Positions 39,211 to 48,676 of a DNA stretch of 64,000 nt are shown here, in pieces. A program made the translations under genes and the position numbers. Positions within the stretch are counted from its first letter, which is position 1, and each line of letters opens with the position of its first letter. The notes under the pieces were generated by a model that ran no database searches, was not told the origin of the DNA, and worked only from the letters and a program-made list of their open reading frames with translations. Origin of the DNA: an uncultured Spirochaetaceae bacterium (GTDB lineage: Bacteria; Myxococcota_A; UBA9160; UBA4427); NCBI GenBank assembly GCA_964515335.1, contig CAZETS010000012.1, positions 19,974-83,973 on the forward strand, given 5' to 3'.

Positions 39211-41034
39211 TCAGCGCCCGCCGTTCGATCGCGCACGCCGCCGCTCGGCCTCGAGTCGCTCCTCGAGCCGCAGCTGCCGCCGCAGCTGTTCGGCATCGGC
39301 GAGCAGGCCGTCGCTGATCGGTCCCGGACGCGCGGCCGCTCGCTCGATCACACGCAGCGCGCCGGCGAGGTCCCCCTTGGCCACGTAGGCCTGCGCGAGG
39401 GCGCGAGCCTTGTAGTGCGGGAGGTCGGGATCCTCCTCGAGCCGGGAGATCCAATCGTCCGCCATGTCGTGCTGCAGCGCGACGAAGTCCGGGTCCTGAC
39501 GCAGCGAAGCGTAGCGGGGATCGGCGAGCAGGTGGTCGACGCGGTTGTAGCCGCGCGCCCGCGCGGCGCGCAGGTGCTCGATGGCCCCGCGGACGTTGCC
39601 TGCCGCTGCGGCGCTGCCGGCGTTGCGCGTGTGCGCGGCCACGCCGTCGGGATAGTGGCGTGCAGCGTCGGCCATCAGCGAATCGGCCGTTCGATAGACG
39701 GGGGCGCGATCGAAGGTCTGCCAGCCCAGCCAGGCCAGCCAGGCGACGAGCAGCCCCGCCACCACCCGCCTCGAGAGATCGCGCTGGCGCGCATCGAGGG
39801 TGCGCGCGAGGAAGGGCGCCACCGTGTCACGCCACGCCAGGCAGGTGCCGCCGATCAGGCCCGGCAGCACGAAGTAGAGGTAGCGGTCGGCCATCGGGTA
39901 CGGCAGCGGCAGCACACCCGAGAGCGGCGCGAAGCCGATCGCCGCCCACAGCCACCACACCGCCTCCTCGCTGCCCCGGCGAAGCGACGCGATCGTCCGC
40001 CAGCCGAGCAGCGCCACCACCGCCGCCCCGCCGACCAGCCACGGGTCGGCGAGCGAGGTCACCGGCAGCGGCTCGTGGAAGGTCGAAAGGCCCGTCCCGG
40101 TGACCGCCATCAGCACGTAGCGGAGCGCCACCTTGAAGATCGTCATGTAGCGGGCGGCCAGGTCCGCATAGAGCGGCGGGGCCAGGCCCGCCGACTGACC
40201 GAAGGCCGCGGACTCGGCGAGCGCGAACGAGCCGACCACCGCCACCCAGCCGCCGAGCCAGGCCCAGTGGAACGACGCCTGGGTCGCCCCCCGTTCGGCG
40301 CGGTCGCCGCGGCGAAGCCACCCGAAGAGCGCCACCACCGGCAGCGCGAAGGCCGCGAAGGGCTTGGCGAAGAGCGCCAGGGCGAAGAGCAGCAGCGCGG
40401 CCAGGGGATGCGAAGGGTGCAGGCGAATCGCGAGCAGCGACAACACGAGGGCCGACGAACTCTTCAGCTGCGAGATCCAGGCGACCGACTCGACGTTCGC
40501 CGGGTGGACGAAGAAGAACGCCGCGCCCCCGAGCGCAGCCCACGCACCGATGCCGCTTCGCCGGTAGAGGGGCACCAGCAGGGCCGCCGCCACGGCGTGG
40601 AGCAGCACGTTGACGACGTGATAGCCCGTGACCTCCGGCCCGAAGACCTGCCACTCGAGTGAGTGCAGCATCAGGTGGACCGGTGCGTAGTTCTCGACGA
40701 GCACCGTGACCTCGCTGGTCGGACTCCACACGGCGACCAGGTTGTCGAGCGTGAGGTCGTGCACGTACTCGTTCCTGAGCACGTAGTGGGAATCGTCCGA
40801 GACGAAGTCCCCGTCGAGCACCGGCGAGTACAGGACGAGGCCGAGCAGGGCGAAGAGCAACGCGGTGGCCAGCGGACCGGGGGGCTGCGAGCGCGACCTC
40901 GAGGCCGGGTTCGGATCCTTCCCGCCCTGCCTCGTGCTGTCTTTCCTGCTGTCTTTCCTGCTCCTGGCCAGCGGTCGCTCCCCGTGCCCGGACGAACGGC
41001 GCGCGCCGGGCGAGGCAATCGGCGCGGGGAACAT
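39211..41034 (-). CDS. TMTC-like GT-C protein glycosyltransferase with C-terminal TPR-like region
   Basis: DFVSDD, YHVVNVLLH, FVHPANVESVAWI, ALFAK, ADRYLY. Start uncertain (41034 or about 40971). Confidence 0.8.
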   Translation of the reverse strand: MFPAPIASPGARRSSGHGERPLARSRKDSRKDSTRQGGKDPNPASRSRSQPPGPLATALLFALLGLVLYSPVLDGDFVSDDSHYVLRNEYVHDLTLDNLVAVWSPTSEVTVLVENYAPVHLMLHSLEWQVFGPEVTGYHVVNVLLHAVAAALLVPLYRRSGIGAWAALGGAAFFFVHPANVESVAWISQLKSSSALVLSLLAIRLHPSHPLAALLLFALALFAKPFAAFALPVVALFGWLRRGDRAERGATQASFHWAWLGGWVAVVGSFALAESAAFGQSAGLAPPLYADLAARYMTIFKVALRYVLMAVTGTGLSTFHEPLPVTSLADPWLVGGAAVVALLGWRTIASLRRGSEEAVWWLWAAIGFAPLSGVLPLPYPMADRYLYFVLPGLIGGTCLAWRDTVAPFLARTLDARQRDLSRRVVAGLLVAWLAWLGWQTFDRAPVYRTADSLMADAARHYPDGVAAHTRNAGSAAAAGNVRGAIEHLRAARARGYNRVDHLLADPRYASLRQDPDFVALQHDMADDWISRLEEDPDLPHYKARALAQAYVAKGDLAGALRVIERAAARPGPISDGLLADAEQLRRQLRLEERLEAERRRARSNGGR

Positions 41035-41165
41035 ACAACAGCGCCCGGGGCAGCCGTTGCGCGCGATCCGGACGACGGCCCGCACACAAGTCGGCAGCGC
41101 CGACCTGAACGGGACGGATGGGGCTGCTAGCCTGCGGCGTCCCCCCGACGCGGAGCCCGGCGCAA

Positions 41166-42392
41166 ATGCCCGACGCAAGCGCGGATGGACGCGCAGGACC
41201 TTCGACACGCACCGACGACGCCGCCCACGCGAGCGACGACATCGAGCTGAGCGTGGTGATTCCATGCCTCGACGAGGCCGACACGCTCGCGACCTGCGTC
41301 GGCAAGGCGCAGACCGCCTTCGCGGCGTGCGGGGTGCGGGGCGAGGTGGTCGTGGCCGACAACGGCAGCACGGACGGCTCGCCCGAGATCGCCGAGGGAC
41401 TCGGGGCGCGGGTCGTCGCCGTCGAGCGCCGGGGCTACGGAAGCGCGCTGATGGGCGGCATCGCGGCGGCCCGCGGGCGGTTCGTGCTGATGGGCGACGC
41501 CGACGACAGCTACGACTTCCTCGAGATTCCGAAGTTCGTCGAGCGCCTGCGGGAGGGCTACGACCTGGTGCAGGGCTGCCGGCTGCCGGCCGGCGGCGGC
41601 ACGGTGATGCCGGGTGCGATGCCGTTCCTGCACCGCTGGCTCGGCAATCCGCTGCTCTCGGCCCTGGCGCGCGGCATGTTCGGCGTGCCGGTCACCGACG
41701 CCTACTGCGGGATGCGCGGATTCAAGAAGTCACTCTACGAGCGTCTCGACCAGCGCTGCACCGGCATGGAGTTCGCCACCGAGATGATCATCAAAGCGAG
41801 CCTGCACGGCGCGCGCATCGCCGAGGTGCCGATCAAGCTCCATCCCGACGGCCGCGAGTCGCACGGGCCTCACCTGCGCACGTTCCGCGACGGCTGGCGC
41901 ACGCTGCGCTTCTTCCTGCTCTACAGCCCGCGCTGGCTCTTCCTGGTTCCGGGCCTCGTGCTGATGCTGATCGGCCTGCTCGGCTATGCGCTCGCGCTGC
42001 CGGGCATCGAGATCGCGGGTGCGCGGCTCGACGCCCACAGCCTGCTGGCGGCGAGTCTCGCATTGCTGATGGGCTTTCAGTCGGTGCTGTTCGCGATTCT
42101 CAGCAAGACTTTCGCGGTCGTGGAGGGACTGGTGCCGCCCGATCCGCGGCTGGACCGCTTCTACGAGGTCGCCACGCTCGAGCGCGGCCTGGTGGTCGGC
42201 CTGCTGGCCCTGACCGGCGGGCTCGCGCTGATCGGAGCCGCGGCGTGGGAGTGGCGGGCCACGGGCTTCGGGCCGCTCGACTATCCGCGCACCATGCGCT
42301 GGGTGATTCCGGGCGTCACGCTCGCGGCGCTCGGCTTCCAGACGATCCTCTCGGGCTTCTTCGTGAGCATCCTGGGAATGAGCCGGCGGTGA
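41166..42392 (+). CDS. GT2 polyprenol-phosphate glycosyltransferase (DPM1-like) with C-terminal TM helices
   Basis: SVVIPCLDE, DNGSTDGS, GYGSAL, GDADDSY, DAYCGMR, MEFATEM, DGWR. Confidence 0.9.
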   Translation: MPDASADGRAGPSTRTDDAAHASDDIELSVVIPCLDEADTLATCVGKAQTAFAACGVRGEVVVADNGSTDGSPEIAEGLGARVVAVERRGYGSALMGGIAAARGRFVLMGDADDSYDFLEIPKFVERLREGYDLVQGCRLPAGGGTVMPGAMPFLHRWLGNPLLSALARGMFGVPVTDAYCGMRGFKKSLYERLDQRCTGMEFATEMIIKASLHGARIAEVPIKLHPDGRESHGPHLRTFRDGWRTLRFFLLYSPRWLFLVPGLVLMLIGLLGYALALPGIEIAGARLDAHSLLAASLALLMGFQSVLFAILSKTFAVVEGLVPPDPRLDRFYEVATLERGLVVGLLALTGGLALIGAAAWEWRATGFGPLDYPRTMRWVIPGVTLAALGFQTILSGFFVSILGMSRR

Positions 42393-42997
42393 ACCCGTTC
42401 GAGCGGGTGCACGCGGGCTACGCGGCCGCGCGCCGCGTGCGGGTGCTCGCCGACCACTTCGCCCCCCTGCTGCCCGAGGGCGCCAGCCTGCTCGATGTCG
42501 GCTGCGGGGACGGTCGGCTCACGCATCTGCTGGCGACCCGAAGACCGGATCTGCAGGTGCGGGGCATCGACGTCTCGGTGCGTCCCGGCGCCGCGGTGGC
42601 GGTGACGCCCTTCGACGGCGCCCGCATCCCGGACGCCGACGACAGCGTGGACGCGGTGCTCTTCGTCGACGTGTTGCACCACGCCGACGACCCGAAGGCG
42701 CTGCTCGCCGAGGGCGCGCGAGTCGCCCGGCGCCACGTGCTCATCAAGGACCACCGCCTCGACGGACCGCTGGCCGGCGCGACGCTGCGCTTCATGGACC
42801 GCGTCGGCAACGCGCGCTTCGGGGTCGCGCTTCCCTGTGAGTACTGGCCCGAGCCGCTCTGGCTCGAGACCTTCGCGCAGCTCGGGCTCGGCATCGAGCA
42901 CTTCACGCGCGAGGTCGGCCTCTACCCGCCTCCCTTCAGCTGGATCTTCGATCGCGGGCTGCACTTCGTGGCCCGGCTCGGGGTCGACGCCTCGTGA
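42389..42997 (+). CDS. Class I SAM-dependent methyltransferase
   Basis: LLDVGCGDG, VDVLHH; GTGA overlaps on both sides. Confidence 0.88.
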   Translation: MNPFERVHAGYAAARRVRVLADHFAPLLPEGASLLDVGCGDGRLTHLLATRRPDLQVRGIDVSVRPGAAVAVTPFDGARIPDADDSVDAVLFVDVLHHADDPKALLAEGARVARRHVLIKDHRLDGPLAGATLRFMDRVGNARFGVALPCEYWPEPLWLETFAQLGLGIEHFTREVGLYPPPFSWIFDRGLHFVARLGVDAS

Positions 42998-44661
42998 TCG
43001 CCCGGGACGCGGCGCCGCAAACGCGCGCGGTCGTCGCGGTGTGGGCCGTGCTCGCCGCGAGCGTCTCTCTCGCCTCGCTGCCCGGCGTCGACGACCTCGG
43101 CCTCTACTACGACGAGGCATTCCTCGCCCAGCAGGCGCGCGACTTCGTCGAGCCGGGCCGGGAGGGCCTGCACGCCGCGAGCGTCCGCTACGTCGAGCTC
43201 TTCGGACGACCGTTTGCGGTGCGCAACGCCGCGTATCTCGGCTCGCTGAAGAGCCAGCTACTGATTCCGGTGTTCTGGCTGGCCGGGGCGGACGTGGTCA
43301 CGCTGCGCACCGCCACGCTCGCGACCGCGCTGCTCGCGCTGCTGCTCGGCATGCTCTGGACGGCGCGCATGTTCTCCCCCGGCGTGGCGATGGCCACCGG
43401 TCTCTTGATCGCGAGCGATCCCGGCTTTCTCTACTTCGGCCGCTTCGAGTGGGGCCCCTTCACCACCAACCTCCTCTGCCGCACCGCCGGCCTGCTGCTG
43501 CTCACCATCGCCTGGCAATCCGCTCACGCGAGGCGCCGCCTGCTCGCGGCGGCCGGCGGCGGCGTCGCGCTCGGGCTCGGCGTCTTCAGCCGCGCCGACT
43601 TCGCGGTGATCCTGGGCGCGGCGGCACTGGGCGCGGCGATCGGACACTGGCGGGTGCTCGTCTGGGGGCTGCGCGAGCGCCGGGGCGAGATCGCCGTCGC
43701 GGCCGGCGGCGCGGTGCTCGCGTCCGCACCCATGTGGACTGCGGCGGCCTCGCTGCTCGGCGCCGGCGGCGCCATCGCGGACCGGGGCGGTCTCGGCTTT
43801 CGCGCCGGCGTGTGGTGGAACGTGCTCGACGGCTCGCAGTTCCTCCGGCTCATGCAGACCGGCGGCCTGTTCGAGGGCGCGCGAGACGTCGATGCGCCGG
43901 GTGGCGTGCTGGGCGTCGCCTTCCTGGTGGCCCTCGGCGTCGTCGGCGCCGATCTGCTCGCCTCGATGCGGCGCGATCCCGTCGCCGCGCGAACGGACCC
44001 GCGCCGCTGGCTGTGGATCACGACGGTCCTGATCACGCTCGCCATGCTGGCGCTGCCCGGGGCGGTGCGCGCCCACCATCAGCTGAACGGCATGCCGTTC
44101 GTGCACATCGTGATCGCGTGTGCGGGCGCGGTCCTGTGGCGTCGCGGGGGCACCCGGGCGGGAGCGGCGCGGTGGGCGGCGATCGCGCTGCTGCTCGCCG
44201 TGGTGGGCGCGAACGCGCGCGTGGTCGCCGCGACGGCGGCCGAGATCGATGCGACCGCAGGGCGTGGGCGCTGGACGCGCTCACTCCACGCGCTGGCGGC
44301 GGACCTCGAGGCGACGCCCGGCGCCGAAGCGGTCAGCCTCGACTGGGGGTTTCACGAACCGCTGCTCTTCCTCACCGACGACGTCCCGCTCGAGGAGGCG
44401 ATCTGGGCGATTCCGCGCGAGTTCGCCGCCGGCCGTCCCTGGCAGCACGCCGGCGGGTCGAGCACCCGCTACCTGGCCCACGACGATCCCTACGACCTGT
44501 TCGGGCTCGGCCCGCTGATCCTCGACTTCGCCCGCGCACAGCCTCCGGGCCACGTATCGATCGAGCCCTGGGCGAGCGATGACGGCGAGGTCGCCTTCTA
44601 CTCGATCCGCATCCTGCGCCCGCATCGACTGCGGTACACCGGTCGCTTCACGATCGAGTGA
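42994..44661 (+). CDS. GT-C (ArnT/PMT-like) membrane glycosyltransferase
   Basis: GLYYDEA after TM1, YLGSLK, multi-TM body plus a soluble C-terminal domain. Confidence 0.7.
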   Translation: MIARDAAPQTRAVVAVWAVLAASVSLASLPGVDDLGLYYDEAFLAQQARDFVEPGREGLHAASVRYVELFGRPFAVRNAAYLGSLKSQLLIPVFWLAGADVVTLRTATLATALLALLLGMLWTARMFSPGVAMATGLLIASDPGFLYFGRFEWGPFTTNLLCRTAGLLLLTIAWQSAHARRRLLAAAGGGVALGLGVFSRADFAVILGAAALGAAIGHWRVLVWGLRERRGEIAVAAGGAVLASAPMWTAAASLLGAGGAIADRGGLGFRAGVWWNVLDGSQFLRLMQTGGLFEGARDVDAPGGVLGVAFLVALGVVGADLLASMRRDPVAARTDPRRWLWITTVLITLAMLALPGAVRAHHQLNGMPFVHIVIACAGAVLWRRGGTRAGAARWAAIALLLAVVGANARVVAATAAEIDATAGRGRWTRSLHALAADLEATPGAEAVSLDWGFHEPLLFLTDDVPLEEAIWAIPREFAAGRPWQHAGGSSTRYLAHDDPYDLFGLGPLILDFARAQPPGHVSIEPWASDDGEVAFYSIRILRPHRLRYTGRFTIE

Positions 44662-46963
44662 CGCCGCCGCCCGAGCCGGCTCGACGAGCCGGCTGCCTCG
44701 CTCGCACGCCCCCTCCCCGGCGCACGAGGTCCTCGCTGACGTCGACCTCGAGCACGGCGCCGTCCGCGCGCACCCGGTACGGCCCGTCGGCGCGCGCGCG
44801 CCGCCCGGCCGGCAACGTTCCGGCCCCGGGCGTCGCGTAGGGGACGCGCAGCCGCGCGACGCCGTCCCGCGCGGCCCGCGTCATGCTTCGCCAGGCGAAG
44901 CGGCGGCCGGTCGGTGTCACGACTTCGACGACCGCCGACACCCGGGAGCCCGGCTCGGCCGGCGTTTCGATGACGGCACCGGGCACGATCTCGAAGAGCT
45001 TGTAGGGAACCGCGCTCGCCGCGGCCTCGCCGAACAGTGCGCCGACGCTCAGCCCGCCGCGCGGAGCCTCGGTGACGAGCCGGAAGCGTCCGAGTGCTGC
45101 TTCGTCGCCTCGCCCACGACCGTCGGCATCGTGCAGCCGCCCGACGACGCTGCGCGCGGCGAGCCCCGGCATCGTGACGACGTAACGCGCCGACAGTGCG
45201 CGGGCGAGCGCCAGCGCCTTGCCCTCACGCGTCGCCTCGAAGAACGCGAGCGAGCGGTCCCAGTTCTCGCGGCCGATGTACCACCAGAACGGATCCGTCG
45301 CGGTGGCGCGGCGCGCGCGGTACTGCAGGGCGTGACCGAGGTTGGCGTGGGCGAGCACCCCGTACTCGGGTCCCCCCGACGCATCGAGATAGCCCGCCGT
45401 CGGACGCGTGACCGCACCCACCTCACCGGCGAAGCGATGCAGCGTGTAGGCGACGCTCGTGAGTGCACCGCGGGACGGCCCGGTTGGCGCGCCGAGCGCC
45501 GCCCACGACGCGCGCGCCCGGGGCAGATAGACGTCCGCGATGGCGGGGGCGAGGCAGAGGGGCACGAGCGCGGCCGCGAGCACCGCGGCGAACGTGCGAC
45601 GCAGCGGGGCGTCGAGACGCGGAAGCGCGAGCTCCGCGACGCGGCCGACCCCCCAACACAGCGCCAGGGCGAACAGCAGCGAAGCTGCCGGCGCCGCGTC
45701 GTTGCCGTAGCGGCGCTGCAGCGAGGCGAGCGTGCAGAAGAAGAGCCCCCAGCCGAACAGCACCCAGCCCGCGGCACGGCGCGTCGGCGGACCCGGCAGC
45801 CGGCGGCCGACGAGCAGCGCGGCGAGTGGGCAGAGCGGCAGGAGATACGCGAAGAACCCCCAGCTGTGCACCGCCGGCGGACCGAGCAGTCGGTCGCCGG
45901 CGCCGACCGCGAAGAGCGGCGTCTGCTCGCCGGTGATCCCGCCGACCTCGTCGCCGAGGCTGAGGAACTGATACGCGAAGGTGAGTCCATCGCGCGTATC
46001 CGGCACCACCACCAGCGTCAGCACGAAGGCGATGCCCGCCCCCGCCGACCACACGAGCCGGCGGCCTGCGGTCTCCGCGACGCCGAGGCGGCTCGCGAGC
46101 AGGATTCCGCCCGAGGTCACCACCACCGCCGCGACCGCAAGCCCGTGCAGGCGCGAGAGCGCGATCGACGAGTAGGGCCCGCCGAGGGGCGCCGGCGACA
46201 GCGACAACACCAGCGCGATCACGACGAGGCTCGCCAGCGCGCTGCCCGCCTGCGCGGCCAGCAACGCCCGGCGGCCCGTCACGACGCCCGCCAACAGGAG
46301 CAGGCCCTCGGCGGGCGCCAGGTACAGCAGGCTGCCGTGCCAGGTGAGCAGCATCGCCGTGCGCACCGCGAAGAGCAGCACCGCCAGCCCGATCATGCGG
46401 CGCCGCGTCGCCTCGGGGTCGACGAGCGAGAGCAACGCGTACAGCAGCCAGGCTCCGATCATGCCGACCGCCGCGTGGTGGTCGGCATTGCCGACGCGTG
46501 TGTAGACGACGCTGATCGGCAGCAATGCGAAGAGCAGCGCCGCGATCGCGCCTGTGCGGCGTGAAGCGATGCGGGCGCCGGTCAGGTAGATGGGCCACAC
46601 CGCGATCGCCGCGCAGCCCGGAGCGGCCCAGGCGGCCACGCGCTCGAGGTCCGCCGGAGTGCCGCCGGCCAGCCGCCCCAACCCGCCGAGCGTCCAGTCG
46701 AAGAGCGGTGGCCAGGGGACGGACGCGCCGCCGGGAAAGTTGATGTAGGGATCGAACAGCAGGACGTCCGGGAAGCGCGTCATCGTGTAGAGGGCCCGGC
46801 GCAGGTGGTACTGCGGATCGGCCGGCGGGAAGACGATCTCCTCGGCGACGAACACGTACTCGAATCCGAGCGCCCGCACGAGCAGCGCCAGAAGCATCGC
46901 CGTGAAGACGGCCAGCGCGCCTCCCAGAGCTGCGCCCGGCGACGAGGCCGAATCCCGCTTCAT
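44648..46963 (-). CDS. STT3/AglB-like oligosaccharyltransferase
   Basis: DPQYHLRR, FDPYINFPGG...WPPLFD, ADHH, ITGE, QRRY, then GVLAHANLGHALQY...TATDPF. Confidence 0.8.
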   Translation of the reverse strand: MKRDSASSPGAALGGALAVFTAMLLALLVRALGFEYVFVAEEIVFPPADPQYHLRRALYTMTRFPDVLLFDPYINFPGGASVPWPPLFDWTLGGLGRLAGGTPADLERVAAWAAPGCAAIAVWPIYLTGARIASRRTGAIAALLFALLPISVVYTRVGNADHHAAVGMIGAWLLYALLSLVDPEATRRRMIGLAVLLFAVRTAMLLTWHGSLLYLAPAEGLLLLAGVVTGRRALLAAQAGSALASLVVIALVLSLSPAPLGGPYSSIALSRLHGLAVAAVVVTSGGILLASRLGVAETAGRRLVWSAGAGIAFVLTLVVVPDTRDGLTFAYQFLSLGDEVGGITGEQTPLFAVGAGDRLLGPPAVHSWGFFAYLLPLCPLAALLVGRRLPGPPTRRAAGWVLFGWGLFFCTLASLQRRYGNDAAPAASLLFALALCWGVGRVAELALPRLDAPLRRTFAAVLAAALVPLCLAPAIADVYLPRARASWAALGAPTGPSRGALTSVAYTLHRFAGEVGAVTRPTAGYLDASGGPEYGVLAHANLGHALQYRARRATATDPFWWYIGRENWDRSLAFFEATREGKALALARALSARYVVTMPGLAARSVVGRLHDADGRGRGDEAALGRFRLVTEAPRGGLSVGALFGEAAASAVPYKLFEIVPGAVIETPAEPGSRVSAVVEVVTPTGRRFAWRSMTRAARDGVARLRVPYATPGAGTLPAGRRARADGPYRVRADGAVLEVDVSEDLVRRGGGVRARQPARRAGSGGGVTRS

Positions 46964-46990
46964 CGGATGGCGATGCGCAGGCGCGGCGGA

Positions 46991-47557
46991 TCAGTCCGCC
47001 GGAGAGAGCCCGAGTCGTTCATCGTCGCAACGGTAACGGCGACCGCACGCGCAGGCGAGATCGTCGGCGAGGGTCTCGCCGCAGCGACACGACCAGCCGA
47101 TCCGCCGCGCCGGCGATCCGGCGACGAGCGCGTGGGCCGGGACGTCGCGCGTGACGACGGCTCCGGCCGCGACGAAGGCGTTCGTGCCGACCCGCGTACC
47201 GGAGACCACGGTCGCGTTGGCCCCGATCGTCGCGCCGGCGGCGACGCGGGTCGGCGCCGGTTCGAAGGGTGCGCCTTCCCGAACCGCCCGCGGAGGCAGG
47301 TCGTTCGCGAACGTCGCGTTGGGGCCGACGAAAACACCGTCGCCGAGCTCGACGCCGCTCCAGACCTGCACGCCGTTCTTGATCACGCAGTCGTCGCCCA
47401 CCACGGCGCCGTCCTCGACGAGGCTGCCGCCGCAGACGTTGCAGCCCCGGCCGACCCTCGCGCCCCGCATCACGTGCGCGAACGCCCAGACGCGCGTCCC
47501 CTCGCCCACCTCGGCGCTCTCGCACAGGGCGAGCGCGTGCACGAAGACGCCGCCCAC
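46991..47557 (-). CDS. Hexapeptide-repeat sugar N-acyltransferase (WbpD/FdtC-like)
   Basis: GTRVWAFAHV, FVGPNATFAND, GATIGANAT, AGSPARRIGW, C-terminal Cys ribbon. Confidence 0.9.
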   Translation of the reverse strand: MGGVFVHALALCESAEVGEGTRVWAFAHVMRGARVGRGCNVCGGSLVEDGAVVGDDCVIKNGVQVWSGVELGDGVFVGPNATFANDLPPRAVREGAPFEPAPTRVAAGATIGANATVVSGTRVGTNAFVAAGAVVTRDVPAHALVAGSPARRIGWSCRCGETLADDLACACGRRYRCDDERLGLSPAD

Positions 47558-47560
47558 GCT

Positions 47561-48676
47561 TCAGCCCCGCGCCGCCGCGACGGCACCGCGCAGCACGTCG
47601 ACGACGCGCTCCTGCTGCTCGACCGTGATACCCGGAAAGAGCGGCAGCGAGACCATTTCTGCCGCGGCGCGCTCGGCGTTGGGGAAGTCGCCCGCGCGGT
47701 GCCCCAGGCTCGCGAAGGCTCCGAGCAGGTGGACCGGGGTCGGGTAGTGGACCCCCGCCCCGATGCCCTCGGCCCGGAGGGCCTCGAGGACGCGGTCGCG
47801 ATCACCCACGCGCACCGCGTAGATGTGCCAGACGTGCTCGTTGCCCGGGCGCACGCCCGGCACGATCACGCCCTCGACCTCGCCGAGCAGCGCACGGTAG
47901 CGGCCGGCGGCCTCGCGGCGCAGGGCGTTCCAACGGGGCAGCCTGGCGAGCTTCGCGCGCAGAACCACGGCCTGGACGGTGTCGAGGCGCGAGTTGAAGC
48001 CGCGCTCGGGGTGCTCGTACTTGGCCTCGCTGCCGTAGTTGCGCAGGCGTCGGACCTTCTCGTCGATCGCCGCGCTGCGGGTGGTGACCGCCCCGGCGTC
48101 CCCGTAGGCGCCGAGGTTCTTGCCGGGGTAGAAGCTCGTGCCCGACACGTCGCCGAAGCTGCCGGCCATGCGCCCGCGCTGCGAGGCCCCCTGCGCCTGT
48201 GCGGCGTCTTCGACGAGCGCGACGCCGCTCTCGCTCGCCAGCTTCTCGAGCGCCTCCATGTCGGGCAGCTGCCCGAACAGATCCACGGCCATCACGGCGC
48301 GCGTACGCGACCCGATGCGATCGGCCGCTGCGGCGGCCTCGAGCAGGTGATGCTCGGCGTCGCAGTCGACCAGCACCGGAGCCGCCCCGGCACGCGCGAC
48401 GGCCAGCGCCGAGGCCACGAAGGTGTTGGCCGGCAACACGACCTCGTCACCGGGACCGATGCCCAGGGCGCGCAACGCCAACTCGAGGGCGTCGGTACCG
48501 TTGGCCACGCCTGCGCAGTGCGGCACGTCGCAGAGCGCCGCGTACTCTTCCTCGAAGCGCGCGACGTCGGGCCCGAGCACGAAGGCCGAGCTCGCCATGA
48601 CTCGGTCGAGACCGGCGCGCACCTCCTCCTCGATCTCGGCGTGCTGCCAGGCCAGATCGACGAGGGGGATCGACAT
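47561..48676 (-). CDS. DegT/DnrJ/EryC1/StrS sugar aminotransferase
   Basis: IPLVDL, NGTDAL, EDAAQAQG, SFYPGKNLGAYGDAG, NSRLD. Confidence 0.93.
   Translation of the reverse strand: MSIPLVDLAWQHAEIEEEVRAGLDRVMASSAFVLGPDVARFEEEYAALCDVPHCAGVANGTDALELALRALGIGPGDEVVLPANTFVASALAVARAGAAPVLVDCDAEHHLLEAAAAADRIGSRTRAVMAVDLFGQLPDMEALEKLASESGVALVEDAAQAQGASQRGRMAGSFGDVSGTSFYPGKNLGAYGDAGAVTTRSAAIDEKVRRLRNYGSEAKYEHPERGFNSRLDTVQAVVLRAKLARLPRWNALRREAAGRYRALLGEVEGVIVPGVRPGNEHVWHIYAVRVGDRDRVLEALRAEGIGAGVHYPTPVHLLGAFASLGHRAGDFPNAERAAAEMVSLPLFPGITVEQQERVVDVLRGAVAAARG

Noticed and set aside
40936-40960. 12-bp tandem duplication encoding RKDS-RKDS
   Set aside because: Two in-frame copies in a disordered N-terminus; no evidence of function.
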